Shown: positions 41,815 to 53,240 of the stretch, piece by piece
How the letters are laid out: every line of letters begins with the position of its first letter
Position numbering within the stretch: the first letter of the stretch is position 1
NCBI GenBank assembly: GCA_965207455.1
Contig: CBDBMJ010000001.1
Location: 1,760,001-1,824,000, forward strand
DNA from: Bdellovibrionota bacterium
GTDB taxonomy: Bacteria > Bdellovibrionota > UBA1018 > CAIPTA01 > JAALKR01
Direction of reading: 5' to 3'
Length of the DNA: 64,000 nucleotides
The notes under the pieces: model-generated
The model's database searches: none
What the model was told of the DNA's origin: nothing
The model's input: the letters and a program-made list of their open reading frames with translations, nothing else
Made by a program: the position numbers and the translations under genes

Positions 41815-42076
41815 GGCTTTTTCTTCGCGACCTTTAGGATTAGTTGTCATGCCGACTGTTCACGAAGACAAAGTTACTTCTTCCCACTGATTGCTCTTCA
41901 GGCAACTGCTTCTTCATTGCTTGCCTACAGAATATCATGGCGACAGATTTCAAGAACACAACGACGATTCTTTCCTGATTTGTCGGCACTACAAGCCATG
42001 TTTACTCATTTCCTTTCGACTCAAGAGATATGGCATAACTGATTTTCACACAGAAAAGACTATTTCTTCCCAGTGA
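41815..42076. repeat. Mosaic of small-gene fragment, two sulfatase-end copies and a boundary core
   Basis: gcgacctttaggattagttgtcatgcc; gacaaagttacttcttcccactgattgc; caagaacacaacgacgattctttcctgatt; acaagccatgtttactcatttcctttcgactcaag. Confidence 0.85.
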
Positions 42077-42320
42077 CAGATCTAGATCCCTTCAAACATT
42101 CTGATATTGCTCTAGATCCCGCAAAACATTCTGATATTGCTCTAGCGCTATCTACATATGGATTTCGAGTGACAGCCCTGTATTTCTCTAAATTTTTTGA
42201 TATTGCTCTAGTACTATCGCTATACGCGTATAGATTTCGAGTGACAAACCTAGACCCCTTCAAGCATTCTGATATCATCCTAGCGCTATCTCCATACACA
42301 TTAAATTTTTTATCTGACAT
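42060..42320 (-). CDS. Small ORF of internal ~30-bp repeats (SRAISECLKG) ending in a sulfatase-like tail TGKK*
   Basis: RBS-like ggagg upstream; tandem cattctgatattgctctagatccc units. Confidence 0.4.
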   Translation of the reverse strand: MSDKKFNVYGDSARMISECLKGSRFVTRNLYAYSDSTRAISKNLEKYRAVTRNPYVDSARAISECFAGSRAISECLKGSRSVTGKK

Positions 42321-42765
42321 AACAAAGCCCTCCTTGTTTTTAAATGGCTTGGGTGTATTCCCATAAAACAGCCTTCTTTCTATCTATCGTAGAATCTATC
42401 TATACCGATAGCAATAAAAAAATGCTCTATAGACATTAAAAATTTTTTCAAATTAAGATCTCTAAATTGAAAAAACGAAGACCCCTACAACACTTTTATT
42501 AAAAAATCAACGCTGTAATTTTTTCTCAGTTGATAAAAAAACTAATTTCAGCGCTGAAAGCTCTCATTTTTGAAAAAAGCTCAACCGTCTAACTTTCAAA
42601 CAGCAAAACCGACAAAATACGGCATAACGCGCGCGACCAAATCTCTTAAAGCGAAGGTACGGAAACAAATAATAATTATTTTTGAAAAATCATTCATTTT
42701 AACTTATAACTGGAATGAAATATTTTGATTTATAACATTTAAACTAAAAAGCAGGATAATGGAGC

Positions 42766-43806
42766 ATGCAGAAAAAAACACCAGAATTACTAAAAAAATA
42801 TATTGATTATTTTATCGCATATAGTAAAAAAACAGCTCTTGAGCTATGCTTTGAATCTACCAGTAAGCAGTGCTCTGGAAAAATAATACGATCTCACTCT
42901 ATTCAAAACTCTTTTATCCTAGACCAATTAGAGGTTAATAATCACTTATCTATCATTGAGTACAACGGAGGTAATGAAGTTGCTTTTAAACCGATTAGTC
43001 GAAACGAAGCATCAACTTTCACTGGATTTTGTAACTACCACGATAATCAACTATTTCAATTGATTGACTTCCAGGAAAAAAATATTATAAGCACTATGAG
43101 TCAAAAACAAATAGTTCTATTTCATTACCGAACAGTATGCCTGGAGTACTGGTCGAAGCTTAATATGAAAAAGGCATTATTTTTTTTAAAAAACACAATT
43201 TCCAGAAAAAACAAGAGGTCTTTAGTGAAAATCTTCCCTTTCTTAGCCAGCGAAAAATCCATAGACTGGGAATTTCCAAATATTAATGAATTAGAATCTC
43301 ATTTAACCGCCCTATCCGCTGGCATTAAAGACGTCAAACCTTATTATGACTCAACCAAGGACCAAATTAAAAAAAATAAAATTCGCACAATAAAAGGTGC
43401 GCATTTCAAAATAGATTCGCCGGCAAAATTTGCGATCAGCTCCTTTACGACCCCTACCTGTGACTTTAAGGGAAATATGATTAATGACCTCAGCGAGGAA
43501 GTAGTTCATTATATTGGATTAAATATATTCCCCTACAAAAATGAAACTCATGTAATTCTAACTTGGCACGAGGGCTCAAACTATACGGAGTTGAAAAATC
43601 AAATTCTTAACTTGACAGGAAACGATCAAAAAATTCAGCTATCTAAATTTATTTTAGCCAATTGTGAAAATATTGTTTTCTCACCTAAGCTAACAGATAC
43701 TTTCGATCAAACGCAGAAAGAAAGAATTAAAAAAATTTTTGTTGAAACAACACCAGATAATGCTTCTTTCAAGTTAGATGATTTTGAAGATGTAAATTTA
43801 TTTTAA
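42766..43806 (+). CDS. Hypothetical protein with Cys/His (HNH-like, SEC-C-associated family) motifs
   Basis: C.....CSGKIIRSHSIQ; ASTFTGFCNYHD..LF..ID. Confidence 0.7.
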   Translation: MQKKTPELLKKYIDYFIAYSKKTALELCFESTSKQCSGKIIRSHSIQNSFILDQLEVNNHLSIIEYNGGNEVAFKPISRNEASTFTGFCNYHDNQLFQLIDFQEKNIISTMSQKQIVLFHYRTVCLEYWSKLNMKKALFFLKNTISRKNKRSLVKIFPFLASEKSIDWEFPNINELESHLTALSAGIKDVKPYYDSTKDQIKKNKIRTIKGAHFKIDSPAKFAISSFTTPTCDFKGNMINDLSEEVVHYIGLNIFPYKNETHVILTWHEGSNYTELKNQILNLTGNDQKIQLSKFILANCENIVFSPKLTDTFDQTQKERIKKIFVETTPDNASFKLDDFEDVNLF

Positions 43807-46800
43807 AGTGCGACCACATAATTCGCTTTGCAATCATCGTGTTCTAGATCATACTAAGACATTGCCGGACAATACAACGATCACTAAGGGCAACCTTCGA
43901 GTGATACAACTCTCATTCAACAAACAACTCTCTTTATAAATTAAAAATCTTTCAATTATTTGGGGGTGGTTCAGAAAAATCAATTTTCGATCTGAAAATT
44001 TTATATTTCTCGGCATCAAATGTCATCCCTTGGCTTATTTTTAATTTTCCAAGCCATTCCTCCTTATAATAATCACCGCCAATATGATTTTTTTCAGAAA
44101 TAAGAGTCCAAAATATTCCTAAATTATTTTCCCTCAAATAAATTTGCAGGTGTCTTTTTGACATTAACAGTCCAGTAGGATTCTCTAGTAAATCAATGGC
44201 AACTAGAGCGCGCCCTGAATCTATATAAAATCCATCTGTTTTATCAAAATCCAGCTTCATTCCTTTCATTAAACTATGGCTTGGCATGCTGATTAAAGTA
44301 CTCTCTTCAATTGAGCAGTCATAAGTTCTTAATTCATATGAGTAAGAGTCATGAGTCATTTGATAAGGAAAGGGAATTTCATCTGAACATAAAAATTTCC
44401 TCTTAGAAGAAAGACATTCATCCCAATCAGGCTCACGAAAATGTGAAGAGCCTCCCTTTGTTCTTTCTGGCATCCATCCTCCAATAAAATTGCTAGTTTT
44501 CAAGAAATTATTTACTTTTTTCTCATGCTTTTTTTTATATAAATACGAACTGATTGAATAAAACTGTTTCTTTCGACTTTTTGAATATCTGTCTTCTTCC
44601 GGTGATATATCTTCTAAAAAGTCATAAACCCCATGCATTAATAGCCATTCTTCATTAGAAAATTGTACCTCTACTAATTCATCTATAGAGTACTTGTCTC
44701 TTCTATTCTTCAACCAAGTCATGTCATCAATTTCAGCCTTAATGTTTGATTTTTTAAATTCAATCTCTTTAACTTTTTTTGGTCCGGGACGCTCGGATTT
44801 TTTTTTCATTAACACCGTAGGATCAATTTGATCAATATATTTGAATTGGCTCAAATCAAGAATTTTAGGTGAGACATCGGAAGCATATGTTTGCCTATAT
44901 TTATACTTGTCATTGATTATTGCTAATATTTCAAAATATGCTATCCATTGATACTTCTTTCCCACTCTCTCTACTTTATGGCTATCCCTACCTTGATTCT
45001 CACGATTAAGCGCCGCATCTGTTCTGCCAAACAAGTCAATCTTATACCCAATATCTAAAACACGCCACATAATATATCTTTGTAAAAGTTCTGTTTTAAT
45101 TCTTCCTTCTTCTTTATATTTTTTTTTATTGCGCAAATATGGCTCAATTGTTTTTTCAAATTCTTCTCTTCTTAATCTAGGTAATTCTTCTATAAATTCA
45201 TTTTTTAACTTTTCATATTCTTTTATTGAATCAACATCAGAAAAGAGTTCATGAACCTCATAGACTTCTGCAAAGTCTCTAATTTCTTCATAGGTTTTTT
45301 TATTTTCTATTGATAGACTGGCGTAGAAATCTTTTTCAATATTCTTTGTAAGTGTTTTTTCTCCATCATCCCAGTCAATATATCCAGCATCTGTACCTAT
45401 TACATATCTAGCAAAGTCCCCCGAAGATAAAACGGAAGATTTTATAGCTATGAGTCCCCATTTTTTGTTAAACGGATCATTTCTAGGGTAGTCTTTTATA
45501 CTCTCTTTTAAAGATTCTATTGACGGCAGCCCCTCAGGAATCTCAAATCCAAATGGCGCTTTAGTTTTACTCCAGTCTATAAAATCCAGAGAACAACCCT
45601 TCATTGCTGCTAATTTAAGAATTCTCTCAGAATAATACAGAGTTAGAATATTTAAAGGCTTCTTTTTAAGAAAAATATTTTTATAAACAGATTCACAAAT
45701 TTTTATCATCTTATTTTTCTTTGCTTCACCTATTTCATCATTTATGATTATTGCGCCATATATTGATGTTACAATTCTCTCAAGAATATAGGGGTCATCT
45801 ACATCAATAAAATTATCTATTAATCTCGTTGAACAAAGGAGTGACTCCGAGATAACTTTTACAAGCGATTTAGTCGCCTTATCTCTTAAATGCCTGTTTG
45901 AGGCTGTAAAAAACCAACTCAAACAAATTGTCAAAAGCTCAACTGACTCTGAATTTATTGATGAGATATCTATATCATCTCGCCCCCATTTGACAACCAT
46001 ATTAACCACTGTCTCTTCTTCCTGAAATTCCTCATTAATGTACTCTGTCCATAAATAGTCTCTATCTATAATTTTTTTAGATTTTAGAATTTTATTTAGA
46101 AACATGGCATTTAAAGGATGCCATGGCGTTGTTGAAAGTGAAATCAGTGTGTTAAATATTTCTTTTCTATAAAAATTAAAATTGCGCTTGAGCATCTCAT
46201 TAAAATTATTAATCACAGTTCCAGTATCTTTAATCGTTGATGGATCTCTCCAAATAAGACTATTCAAGTAACTGGAAAAATGACATTGCCTTTTTGGATT
46301 GTCAAAGAAATCTATCAAATCTTTCCCTCTGGTTCTCTCTGGAATTTGTGCTGAAATTGCACATATTAAGCCTTTATATAAAATAATCTCTCGAAAGATA
46401 TTTTTTAACTCCTCAGACTCAACATCTAAATTATAATTTTCATTTTTCTCATGCAAGTATTTTTTAAGAATATATCTAGCAATTAAGTGGTCTGAAAATT
46501 TCTGATAAGGGAATCTGATTACTCCAAGATTATCTTCAGAATAATTATCTTTTATTAAGAGTCCCTCGTGAATCATTGCCTCCAATAGCACTGGTTTAAA
46601 TTTAACTTCTTCCGCCACTCTATTATTCAGGTCTTTGAGCATTCTATTCTCTAGTTCTTTAGCTTTGCTAACGGCCAAAAAATCTGTCGCATTTTGAGCC
46701 ATTTCTTCAGCAATATACTTGGCAAAATTCCATGACAACTTCAGTGTTCCACCGTATTCTACTTTTTTTCTAATTTTCAATCTATCAACTTGATGAAAAA

Positions 46801-47779
46801 AATTTTCCATAATATATTTCATCCCCTTGTGGCCACGATATGGACCTTGTTTTTTTTCCTTATTTAATGTTTTGCAATAAACTCTAAGGAACAAAGGATT
46901 GGCAAATTCTGTTGCCAGAGGAATCTCGCTATATTTTATTTTATAATGACTGAAATATTCTCTAACAGCAGACACAAGATTATTTTTAAATCCATGATGA
47001 GTCAATTTTATTATTTTATTTTCAACTCTTCTCAGGTCGAATAATGACTCATACGTTGAGCGACAACTCAGGCATACAGCAATCTTTTCGGATTTTGAAA
47101 TCTCATTAACAAAAGAAAAAAGCTCATCTATCCATATCGAAACATCAGGGCTTTCATTTATTGCATCGACTATCAACAACACCCTTTCCCCGGACTTTCT
47201 ACTCAGTCGTTCTATATAATTAAAAAAACTTTTTCTAGGATCCTGAGAGTGCAAATTTAAATTTTTACAAATATTTTTCCATATATTAGTAGATGAACTG
47301 AAATTTGTTCCAAATAATATAATTGCTGGCTTTTTTTCTTGCATTCTATTACTTGCAACATCACAAAGCAGATGCGTCTTCCCCTGGCCTGCCTCACCAT
47401 TAAGCCACAAAACATTTCTATTAAATAACAGGCTTTGATCATTTGATACATATTCTTTAGCCTCAAAAAATACATCAAGGTATTTGTTATAACAATGACG
47501 AAGATAACTCTTACTTTCATTTTCTTCTGACTCTGTAATATTCTGATGTATTTCCAATAAAATACTTTCATAATCTCTGAATAGATCTGAAATTTTCTCT
47601 ACAGGAAATTCATCTTTTTTCCCAATATTAAGCAGGATGAGAACTGTTGAATTATGTGAATTTTTCAGAGCGTTTAATCTACTCTGACTGATGTTATATT
47701 CTTCGTAACTTAGTCTTTTGACCGCCCTATCTTTTCCCAATTATTTCTGAAACCATCTCCTTATTATTAAGGAGGTAGT

Positions 47780-48127
47780 ATGGAAGAAGGAATTCAAGAA
47801 TTAGAGGTCAAGATTAGTTCTCATTTGATACGTTCAAAAAATAGCAAGGGTGTCCATTGGCCCAAAGAACTAAAGGAGGAACTCCTTGTTCTATTTAAAG
47901 AAAGCGGCCTCAGCATTCAAAACTTTTCTAGAAAGATGAAACTACCCAGGCCAACCTTGGGCTCGTGGATATGTGCTTTAGAAAAGAAAGAGAAACCTCA
48001 TTTTAAAAAAGTAAAAATTGGCTCTGAAGATAGAGGGTTTTATACCCTAAGGAGTTCCAAGGGCTATGAAGTGGATGAGTTAAGCTTTGAGGACTTATCT
48101 CGATTGCTAGATAGGGGGCTTATATGA
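47780..48127 (+). CDS. tnpA: IS66 TnpA (HTH)
   Basis: SGLSIQNFSRK..L...TL.SW; first IS66 ORF. Confidence 0.85.
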   Translation: MEEGIQELEVKISSHLIRSKNSKGVHWPKELKEELLVLFKESGLSIQNFSRKMKLPRPTLGSWICALEKKEKPHFKKVKIGSEDRGFYTLRSSKGYEVDELSFEDLSRLLDRGLI

Positions 48128-48468
48128 CTTTTTGGAATACTAAAGCTGAAATTTTTATTTATTCAAAAGAGATTGACATGAGGTGGGGCTTTGAGAGACT
48201 GTCCTATATTATTCGGGAGAAAATGGGCAAAGATATAAACTATGGGGATTTATTTTTATTTCTTGGTTTTAATAGGAAAAGACTAAAAGCGCTTACTTTT
48301 GACGGCAGTGGTCTGATTTTAATGTCTAAGAGATTAGAGAAAAAAAATTTTATGCTGGTATCTGATTTAATTTCCCACAAAATAACAAAGCAGGAATTGA
48401 AGTTTTTAGTACATGGATCTGTTCTAAGAAAGTATTTTCCAGATAAGAAAATTCTTAGAAAGAAATAA
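48124..48468 (+). CDS. tnpB: IS66 TnpB accessory protein
   Basis: DMRWGFERL, LFLF..NRKRLK.L.FDG.G..L..KRLE. Confidence 0.92.
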   Translation: MTFWNTKAEIFIYSKEIDMRWGFERLSYIIREKMGKDINYGDLFLFLGFNRKRLKALTFDGSGLILMSKRLEKKNFMLVSDLISHKITKQELKFLVHGSVLRKYFPDKKILRKK

Positions 48469-48524
48469 AATTATTTTCATTTTATCCTTTATAAAAAGTA
48501 AAAATTATTTTATCATATACATGT

Positions 48525-50087
48525 ATGGAGAATCTTCCTAGGATAGTTGAAAATGAAACAAACCCCGAACTCTTGAAGGGATATTTTAAAATTTCTTGGA
48601 ACGCTAGTTTATCGCTAGATAAAGAAAATAAAAGATTGCGGTCCGAGAACGCTGCTTTAATGAAAAAGAAAGTAGAAGAAGATCAGCAAAATCTTAAATT
48701 AGATAAAGACCTTGCGAACTTCAAAGAAACTTATGACAAATTGAATAGAATTTTTTTTGGAAAAAGTAGTGAAAAGCGTCCTTCTTCTAGGCAGAGAGAT
48801 ATGGAGAGGCAGCTCTCGCTTCAATCCGAAAGCCTAGCCCCTTCTCCTAAGTCAGAAGAAATGGATAGATTGGAAGAAGTTCAGGTTGATCACATGCTAA
48901 CAAAGGAAGAACTTGCTAAAATAGCAGAAGAATATGGCTACCCTAAAGATACGAAGTGGGAGTTTCTAAAAATTTTTGATGAATCAAACGAAGTGGGGAT
49001 AAGAGTTAAAAGTTTTATAAGAAAAAAGCACCGTCTTTCTAAATATCGTCTTATAGCTAGCAAGGGTACTGAAAAAGAAATTATCGTTACAGCATCTGGT
49101 CCTAAAAGAATAGTCCCTGGTTCTAAATACTCTCCTGATTTTGCTGTAGACGTTGTAGCGCAAAAATATCTCTATCATCTTCCCTTAGAAAGAATTAGGC
49201 GTATGATCGCCTCAAAAGGTTTGAGTATAGGTGTAAAGACTCTTTATTCCCTTTCCTTTTTTGTAAAAAGCCACCTAGAAGATGTGGCGCAGAGAATTCG
49301 ACAAGAGATTGGAGAATGCGGACTCATACTGCACATGGATGAGACTCCTTGGCCAATCAATAACTCTAAAGAGAAAAATGGGTATATGTGGACTGTGAGT
49401 AATCAAGGAGGAAGTTATTATAAGTTTGCTTCAACGAGGTCGGGGGCTATTGCCAAAGAGCTCTTAGGCTCCTATCGGGGGCCTGTGCTAACAGATGCGT
49501 ACCCAGGCTATAACGCCCATTTTAAATATATAAAAGGCGTAACACTTGCGCACTGTTGGGCCCATGCAAGAAGGAAGTTTACCGATATAGAGAAAAACTA
49601 CCCCGAGGAATGCGGTCAAGTCTTAGATTTACTTTCTGAACTTTTTGTTGTGGAGACAAAAGCGCAACACTACACCCATCTGTTAGAGCTAAGGCAGAGC
49701 AAATCAAAGAAAATAATAAACCAGCTTAGAGACTTGTTGTATGAACTAGCCCCTAAAACACGAGCAGAGAGCGAGTTACAAAAAGCCATTAACTATGTCC
49801 TTAAACATTGGAGTAATCTTGTGCTATTTCTAAATGATCCCAAAATTCCTCTAACAAATAATGAGGCAGAGAGAGCCATGCGCCACTGTGTTATGGGAAG
49901 AAAAAACTTTTACGGATCCAAAACAGCAAAAGGAGCAGAAACAGCGGCCATACTCTACACTGTCATAGAGAGCTGTAAAAAAGTGGAGCTTGACCCTAGA
50001 AACTATATCTCAATGGCCATTAAAAAAGTTCTCAATGGTGAAACTCCTCTAACACCTCTGCAATACGCCAAACATATCCGCTCTTAG
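48525..50087 (+). CDS. tnpC: IS66 TnpC DDE transposase
   Basis: FGKSSE, LHMDETP, TDAY.GY, CWAHARRKF, NNEAERAMR, GRKN. Confidence 0.95.
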   Translation: MENLPRIVENETNPELLKGYFKISWNASLSLDKENKRLRSENAALMKKKVEEDQQNLKLDKDLANFKETYDKLNRIFFGKSSEKRPSSRQRDMERQLSLQSESLAPSPKSEEMDRLEEVQVDHMLTKEELAKIAEEYGYPKDTKWEFLKIFDESNEVGIRVKSFIRKKHRLSKYRLIASKGTEKEIIVTASGPKRIVPGSKYSPDFAVDVVAQKYLYHLPLERIRRMIASKGLSIGVKTLYSLSFFVKSHLEDVAQRIRQEIGECGLILHMDETPWPINNSKEKNGYMWTVSNQGGSYYKFASTRSGAIAKELLGSYRGPVLTDAYPGYNAHFKYIKGVTLAHCWAHARRKFTDIEKNYPEECGQVLDLLSELFVVETKAQHYTHLLELRQSKSKKIINQLRDLLYELAPKTRAESELQKAINYVLKHWSNLVLFLNDPKIPLTNNEAERAMRHCVMGRKNFYGSKTAKGAETAAILYTVIESCKKVELDPRNYISMAIKKVLNGETPLTPLQYAKHIRS

Positions 50088-51329
50088 AGTACAAGGGCGG
50101 TCAAAAGACTAAGTTACTATTCTTCAGATGAAATTGTTTCATATACATCATCAAATTTATGTTGAAGCTTACCAGTACGTTTTAAAATTTCATCTTTATA
50201 CTTCTTGCTTCTCAGTAATGGCTCAAAATAGAATGAATATTCCGTTTCTATATTGACCTCTTGGTTGTACCTTGGACCGACAGAATCAATTCTTTTTTTA
50301 TTAAGCTTATATAATTCATTCAAATCACTCATTCAATCTCCAAATTAATCATATTGCTAGTGTCCATGACTCTCAAACACTTTCCCCGATATCTTCAAAA
50401 ATCTACCCTCTAACTACTTGACCCTAATCTTAGCCCAAAAATAGCTCTTTAGTCTTTTTCCAATTAGCCTACGGGTTGCTGTTGAGGCACCATGTTCGGC
50501 GCACTATTTGTTGTGTGGCTTTCATTTAGTTGAAAGAGTAAGACATCGACAACACACCAACCCCGACCAATCCCTACCCCCCCTTCACCCACATCAGGTT
50601 TATAAAGCCCGGCTGGGGGGGGGCACTGGCACTGTGATGAGAGCTACCGGCCCTCTAATGGGATTACCGGGCATTGATGGGAGCCACTGGCATTCTGATG
50701 AGGTCTACTAACGCAGGGGCATTGAAGTTTCTTGTTTAAGGGTTATTTAAGGGATTTGTAGTACAGGGTGTTTATACAGCAGCTCCGGTAGCAGCGACCT
50801 TGACCACCACACACTAATCCCAACCCGGTACCAGCATTAGCAATCCCGGCACCACCAGCACCAATCCCGGCGGCAACAACACCATCAGCAGCCCCGGCCC
50901 GGCCCGCCCCTCAACCCATTCCGGCCCCTAGAAGCCCGCAGTATTTCTTTGATCCATCACCGCCACAAGTCATGTTTATTTATTTCCTATTTGGATCCTA
51001 GGGGTCATTCCTCATACTTAGGAGTTGTAGTTCCATTTGATGGTATTTGGATATTAGGTTTCGTTTCATAGTAGTTGGAGTTCAATTTCAGGGTTTGAGG
51101 AGTTAGTATTGTTATTTTGGGTTTTGGGCGGTGTTATGTTTCCGCTACAAGTCAAGTTCAATCATTCGTTTTATGGGTATTGAGGGAGTTTAAATTTACG
51201 GAGGGCATCACTTTCTCGCTCCCACCTTTCACAAAGACAAAGTTACTTCTTCTCACTGATATGCCTAAGGGTGTGTGTTTGTTCTTTAGGGAGGTGTGGT
51301 TGTGTTTCTTTTATCAGGCTCTGTGGTTT

Positions 51330-51533
51330 CATTCTTGTTTGGATCCTGGGAATCATTCCGACACTCCCCAAGACCACACCCCCGCTTCTTTCCTGATTAG
51401 GAGTTAAGCGTTTAGCGTGTGTGGTTTGTTTTGGTCCCTTCGACGACTGTTTTATTGACTCCTCTCTGAGAATCATTTCGACATATCTCAAGGAACACAC
51501 TGACGATTCATAACCTTACTTATTGGATTCCCG
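51330..51533. repeat. Composite boundary repeat (B + A)
   Basis: Cores at ~51340 and ~51465. Confidence 0.9.
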
Positions 51534-51635
51534 CACTAAAGATTACAGAAAATAATTATATCTTTCACAAAAAGACATTAAGAAATTTATAAATGAAAAA
51601 ATCAGTTCGACTCGCCGTCGCACATGAGGCACATA

Positions 51636-53240
51636 TCACTTCTGTTGAGATTTGCTCAACTCTTCAATTAAAGAATCGATCATGGCTAGAAAAAATTCTT
51701 TATTTTCCTTTTTTTCACTTGAACTTTTCTTATCAATTATTACATCTCCAATTTTTGATTTCACATTCTCTAAATCTATTTTTATGTTTTTCTTTCTTTC
51801 TTCTAAAGATATTTTCAGCTTCTTGTAGTAATCAGAAGTAAAAAACCTCATCTTTGAATCGCGACAAATAAAATAAGCTAGAATCATTTGAATGGTTTTT
51901 TGTCTTTCAGATTCATCCCGTTTTTGATCCGCCTCATCACGTCGACTGTGTATTTTTTTCTCGCTTTCTAAATTAGACACGAAAACTGGGCTGACGAAAT
52001 AACTAGACACATGAAAGTTCTCTTTACTTTCCATTGCCTCAGCTACAGTGGCTGAAAATTTAAGATGTAAAAATGCGATAAATGTGCGTGAATGTACATC
52101 TGGAAAAATTCCTTCGATTATATTCGAGAGATTCACATTAAACTTGTCTTTATTTTCAAGATCAGCTCTTTGAGTTTTATAATATTCTTCAAAATAATTC
52201 AAAATAAAACAAGAAGAAAAATTATCTTTATTCCCTATCTCTACTGTCCACGTTGGAGGAAAATAATATTTCCAAAATTCATACTCCATTCGATGGTCGG
52301 CCGACAAGATGGGGAACAGAACATCAAAAAAATTTTTCATGTAAATAAAGTACTCTCTTCTCTCTTTTTCATCTTCAGGTAATTTTGATTTTCCTTCACT
52401 TTCAAGCGATATTAATTTTTTTTCAACTTCACCAATGTGCCCCTCAAGCCGTGAGAATAAATATTCTATCTTGTCGTTCCTTGAAACAAGCTTCGTGATT
52501 GAAGATTTAAAAAGTTCTCTGCCAAAAAGGGCCCAACAATTTAAATTTCCGTATTTTCTTTGCCCCTCAAGGCTCTCTTTATTCCAGTTAAGCGATTCTA
52601 ACAATATCTTATGAATTGAATCAGTGCTTCGATTTTTAATATTTTTAGAGTAACCTTTTAATAAGGCGCTTAATCCAGTTGAAATTTTAGCATTTATAGA
52701 AAATTTAATTTTAGATATGAAGAGTTTTGTTATCTCTAATTCGTTGGGGATTATTTCTTTGTGCCAAAAAGAAATCCATGCCTCTGTCGCTTGCCTGTGT
52801 TCTTTAGATTTTATTTTTGAAAAATCTGATGAATCTAAAAATAAAAATTCAAGTTCACCACGTTCCCCTATGGAAAATTTTATTACCTCTTTTAGCATCT
52901 TACAAAACACAATAATCAAATATAAGGCTGCAAAAATAAGCAAAATCTTCAAGCAAACATTAACATCCGTTCCAGAAAAAAATGCAAAAAGGAATATAGA
53001 GGGGATCGATAGTGAAAAAAGATAGCTTACTTGTAAGATGTTTTTATTAAAAATAATTTTATCAAAATCATCATCTTTGTCTGAAATATTTGCATAAGAT
53101 TTTATTAAAAAAGGCATAAAAATTGCAAGAATACCTAAAATAATGGTTTGGAAAAGCGAGGGATCAAGATATTCTAAAAATGAATCTACCTTTTTAAAAA
53201 TTCCATCTGGCTTTAGGCAGATGCATTCACGCCCTGTCAT
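51636..53240 (-). CDS. Hypothetical protein with N-terminal TM helices
   Basis: Three hydrophobic segments then a soluble domain. Confidence 0.7.
   Translation of the reverse strand: MTGRECICLKPDGIFKKVDSFLEYLDPSLFQTIILGILAIFMPFLIKSYANISDKDDDFDKIIFNKNILQVSYLFSLSIPSIFLFAFFSGTDVNVCLKILLIFAALYLIIVFCKMLKEVIKFSIGERGELEFLFLDSSDFSKIKSKEHRQATEAWISFWHKEIIPNELEITKLFISKIKFSINAKISTGLSALLKGYSKNIKNRSTDSIHKILLESLNWNKESLEGQRKYGNLNCWALFGRELFKSSITKLVSRNDKIEYLFSRLEGHIGEVEKKLISLESEGKSKLPEDEKERREYFIYMKNFFDVLFPILSADHRMEYEFWKYYFPPTWTVEIGNKDNFSSCFILNYFEEYYKTQRADLENKDKFNVNLSNIIEGIFPDVHSRTFIAFLHLKFSATVAEAMESKENFHVSSYFVSPVFVSNLESEKKIHSRRDEADQKRDESERQKTIQMILAYFICRDSKMRFFTSDYYKKLKISLEERKKNIKIDLENVKSKIGDVIIDKKSSSEKKENKEFFLAMIDSLIEELSKSQQK

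Larger units (their letters stand above)
47705..50117 (+). mobile_element. IS66-family insertion sequence
   Basis: Perfect 24-bp IRs gtaacttagtcttttgaccgccct; 8-bp TSD tattcttc (47697-47704, 50118-50125); tnpA/B/C. Confidence 0.97.
43952..50332 (-). pseudogene. Avs2-like STAND/NACHT ATPase interrupted by IS66
   Basis: 5' part 50118-50332 and 3' part 43952-47704 rejoin in frame (..SSEE-YNIS..); GEAGQGKTH, IVDAINE, NPLFL, RD..WT, ERVGKKYQWIA. Confidence 0.85.
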
